Shown one piece after another: positions 7,131 to 8,691 of a stretch of DNA of 8,691 nucleotides. Under the pieces are notes generated by a model. It was not told the origin of the DNA. It searched no databases and was given only the letters and a program-made list of their open reading frames with translations. Numbering within the stretch: the stretch's first letter is position 1; each line of letters opens with the position of its first letter. The stretch lies in the IMG/VR virus record IMGVR_UViG_3300029498_000126, one strand, 5' to 3'. The position numbers and the translations under genes were made by a program. Source of the stretch: a virus (taxonomy: Duplodnaviria; Heunggongvirae; Uroviricota; Caudoviricetes).

Positions 7131-7592
7131 ATGACAGCACAGATATCAGCCTACGGGCGGCTGGTGGCAGATCCCCAGACCAGAACGACAAACAGCGGCG
7201 GCAGCATGACAATGGGGCGTTTAGCGGTGGCACTGCCTTGCCATGCAGCAGAGGGCGGAGAGGTTACTTTCTGGCTGGGCGTGGTGGCATTCGGCAAACA
7301 GGCCGACGCACTGGCAGGACACGTTAAAGGCGATTTAGTCAGTGTTGCCGGAGCGATGCAGGTCAATCAGTGGGCGGGCAAGGATGGCGGTACACAGCAG
7401 GGGTATCAGGTAGTAGCCGACAGCGTGATCAGCGCCAGAACGGTACGCCCCGGCGGGAAGCGGGCCGAGTCAGTCAAAGCAAGTGGAGCCAGCAGGGGCC
7501 ACAAAACGCAATCCGCGCCGGGATGGGAGCTATATAACACCCCTGATGATTTTGACCAGCGCCCACCATTCGACGATGAAACGCCATTCTGA
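7131..7592 (+). CDS. ssb: single-stranded DNA-binding protein (SSB family, OB fold) with acidic C-terminal tail
   Basis: 153 aa. N-terminal region follows the SSB pattern seen in E. coli SSB (G.L..DP..R...GG...; W..VV.FGK.A....KG..V...G......W). C-terminus ...DDFDQRPPFDDETPF closely resembles the E. coli SSB tail ...DFDDDIPF. GAGG about 11 nt upstream of the ATG. Confidence 0.8.
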   Translation: MTAQISAYGRLVADPQTRTTNSGGSMTMGRLAVALPCHAAEGGEVTFWLGVVAFGKQADALAGHVKGDLVSVAGAMQVNQWAGKDGGTQQGYQVVADSVISARTVRPGGKRAESVKASGASRGHKTQSAPGWELYNTPDDFDQRPPFDDETPF

Positions 7593-7603
7593 GGGGGGTG
7601 AAC

Positions 7604-7915
7604 ATGGTAAACGACAGCAAAGCTGAGGATCTGGAAGCAAAAGGGCTGTACCGACGCGCCGCCGCGCGATGGATGGAAGTCATGCTGTTATGCACCGAGG
7701 ACGATGATCGGGAATGGATAAAGCGCCGCCGTGAAACGTGTCTGGAGAACGTGAAGCGCCCGCCCGTGAAGGTTGAGGACTTTGGCGACCTGCATAAAGC
7801 TGTCACCGAAACTCAGCACCGCATGGGGATAGCGCAACCGAACGGTAACGCCTTCCGGTTAAATGGCGGCAAGAGGCAACGGCAGACCACCAGCGGGGGC
7901 GATGGTTCGCAGTAA
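7604..7915 (+). CDS. small regulator, PerC-like (103 aa)
   Basis: ATG 7604 with GAGGGGGG RBS directly upstream (the track ORF starts at a GTG at 7598). N-terminus MVNDSKAEDLEAKGLYRRAAARWMEVM...REWIKRRRETCL resembles what I recall of PerC-family activators, which are common in enterobacterial prophages and satellites. From memory, not a search. Confidence 0.45.
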   Translation: MVNDSKAEDLEAKGLYRRAAARWMEVMLLCTEDDDREWIKRRRETCLENVKRPPVKVEDFGDLHKAVTETQHRMGIAQPNGNAFRLNGGKRQRQTTSGGDGSQ

Positions 7916-7930
7916 GTTTCGCACCCAAAC

Positions 7931-8299
7931 GGCGGAAAATTTAGTACTGTTTAGTACGGATTTAAAACCCTAGCCGCGCCAGTAGCGGGCTGGAAGCCAA
8001 ATCCTGATTCAGGACGTCCTAAATATCTGGTTCGTTCCACTGGTACGCAGTCAGGTGCGCAGCAAAACTGCGCATTCAACGTGCGTACTACCTGACGAAT
8101 GCTAACGGTGGTATTGCGTACAGAAATTGCGAATTCGCAGTAATTTCTAAGCGCGAATTGCTCATTCGAAAAATAGCGGAGATGCCTGTTATTGCTGGCT
8201 TGGGCGCTATCCGTTCGCAGTAGATGGCGGAAGTTAGATATACAGTTTTATTAAGGTATTGTTAGGGTTTGTTAAGGTTTTTGCGCACAAAAATGCGCA
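7931..8299. promoter_or_regulatory. dyad-symmetry-rich intergenic region: candidate operator/promoter and/or packaging (cos/pac-like) site
   Basis: Direct repeats TTTAGTAC x2 (7931-7938, 7941-7948). Interleaved inverted repeats GTACGCA (8043-8049)/TGCGTAC (8082-8088) and GTCAGGT (8050-8056)/ACCTGAC (8090-8096) around TGCGCA-N7-TGCGCA (8056-8074). Near-perfect palindrome GAAATTGCGAATTCGCAGTAATTTC (8123-8147). Tandem ~10-bp T-phased repeats (8251-8280). Second TGCGCA-N6-TGCGCA site (8282-8299) 15 bp upstream of the ATG at 8314. Confidence 0.45.
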
Positions 8300-8313
8300 C
8301 AGTGAGCCGTTAA

Positions 8314-8691
8314 ATGAAAAAAAATAGCCAACAATCAAGATCGGGATGGGGTGGCAAGCGGAAAGGCGCAGGCGCACCATTGGGCAATACTAATGCCGTC
8401 AAACATGGCGAACGCAGTCGGCGGGCATTCTTCCCATTTGAGGGGGGAGAGGCGCTTTCTCCGCTGGTGCGAAATCGTGCAAGAAACCTCATGCTGGCTG
8501 AGAGATACGGGCTATTACTGGCGAATAATCCGACGCCGGGAACAGAAGAATGGCGCGAGATGACATTGATTAACGGACTCATGGGGCTACATGCCGACAG
8601 AATCGCACGGCTTGAGCTGAGATTAGCGAGAGCCGTTTCAATGCAAGCAAGGCGGGATCTGCGAAGGGTTAAAAAAAGCGGCGCATGTTAG
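8314..8691 (+). CDS. hypothetical basic protein (125 aa); possible small-terminase-like or packaging-associated DNA-binding protein
   Basis: Complete ORF ending with TAG at the window edge. Basic glycine-rich N-terminus GWGGKRKGAGAPLGNTNAVKHG is reminiscent of DNA-binding N-termini seen in some phage small terminase subunits. Helical Arg-rich C-terminal half. Functional call rests on that motif and the position after the dyad-rich region, so it is tentative. Confidence 0.4.
   Translation: MKKNSQQSRSGWGGKRKGAGAPLGNTNAVKHGERSRRAFFPFEGGEALSPLVRNRARNLMLAERYGLLLANNPTPGTEEWREMTLINGLMGLHADRIARLELRLARAVSMQARRDLRRVKKSGAC

Noticed and set aside
6810-7233. ORFs 6810..7076 (+, 88 aa) and 6826..7233 (-, 135 aa) over the repeat region
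   Set aside because: Both are translations of the iteron array and AT-rich tract (repetitive RQ/LR-rich peptides). They are artefacts of the repeats rather than genes.
7598-7603. GTG at 7598 as start of the PerC-like gene
   Set aside because: The ATG at 7604 is better placed relative to the GAGGGGGG RBS. The GTG start would put the RBS too close and overlapping.
7474-7806. Minus-strand 110-aa ORF overlapping ssb and the PerC-like gene
   Set aside because: Antisense to two genes with recognisable protein features. Ser/Arg-rich junk-like translation.
8310-8582. Minus-strand 90-aa ORF and alternative + frame ORF 8351..8563
   Set aside because: They overlap the 125-aa + ORF, which has a protein-like sequence and sits behind an upstream operator-like site. 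The alternatives look non-protein-like.
1-8691. tRNA gene, attachment site or integrase in the window
   Set aside because: No cloverleaf-like segment with tRNA-type conserved features and no tyrosine or serine recombinase motifs were seen. The element's integration module is presumably outside this window.

Overview
This window looks like the replication and regulation module of a P4-like phage satellite or phage-inducible chromosomal island in an enterobacterial-type genome. All credible genes are on the + strand and tightly packed. Left to right: a hypothetical 144-aa protein; an AntA/KilAC-like antirepressor translationally coupled to a 60-aa ORF; a ~515-bp untranslated, structure-rich leader with a candidate intrinsic terminator; a chain of seven small translationally coupled ORFs feeding into a large P4-alpha-like primase/helicase (zinc finger, Toprim, Walker A/B); an iteron-type origin immediately downstream (about 12 copies of TGAGACAACA in both orientations plus an AT-rich tract); an SSB-family protein with an SSB-like acidic C-terminal tail; a small PerC-like regulator; a ~400-bp dyad-symmetry-rich intergenic region; and a 125-aa basic protein that may be packaging-related. 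No integrase, att site, tRNA, CRISPR array or capsid-remodelling genes are visible, and I see no recognisable defence-system domain. The most likely places for undescribed biology are the structured leader, the seven unannotatable small ORFs, and the dyad-rich region with its downstream basic protein. All family assignments are from reading the translations by eye, not from searches.
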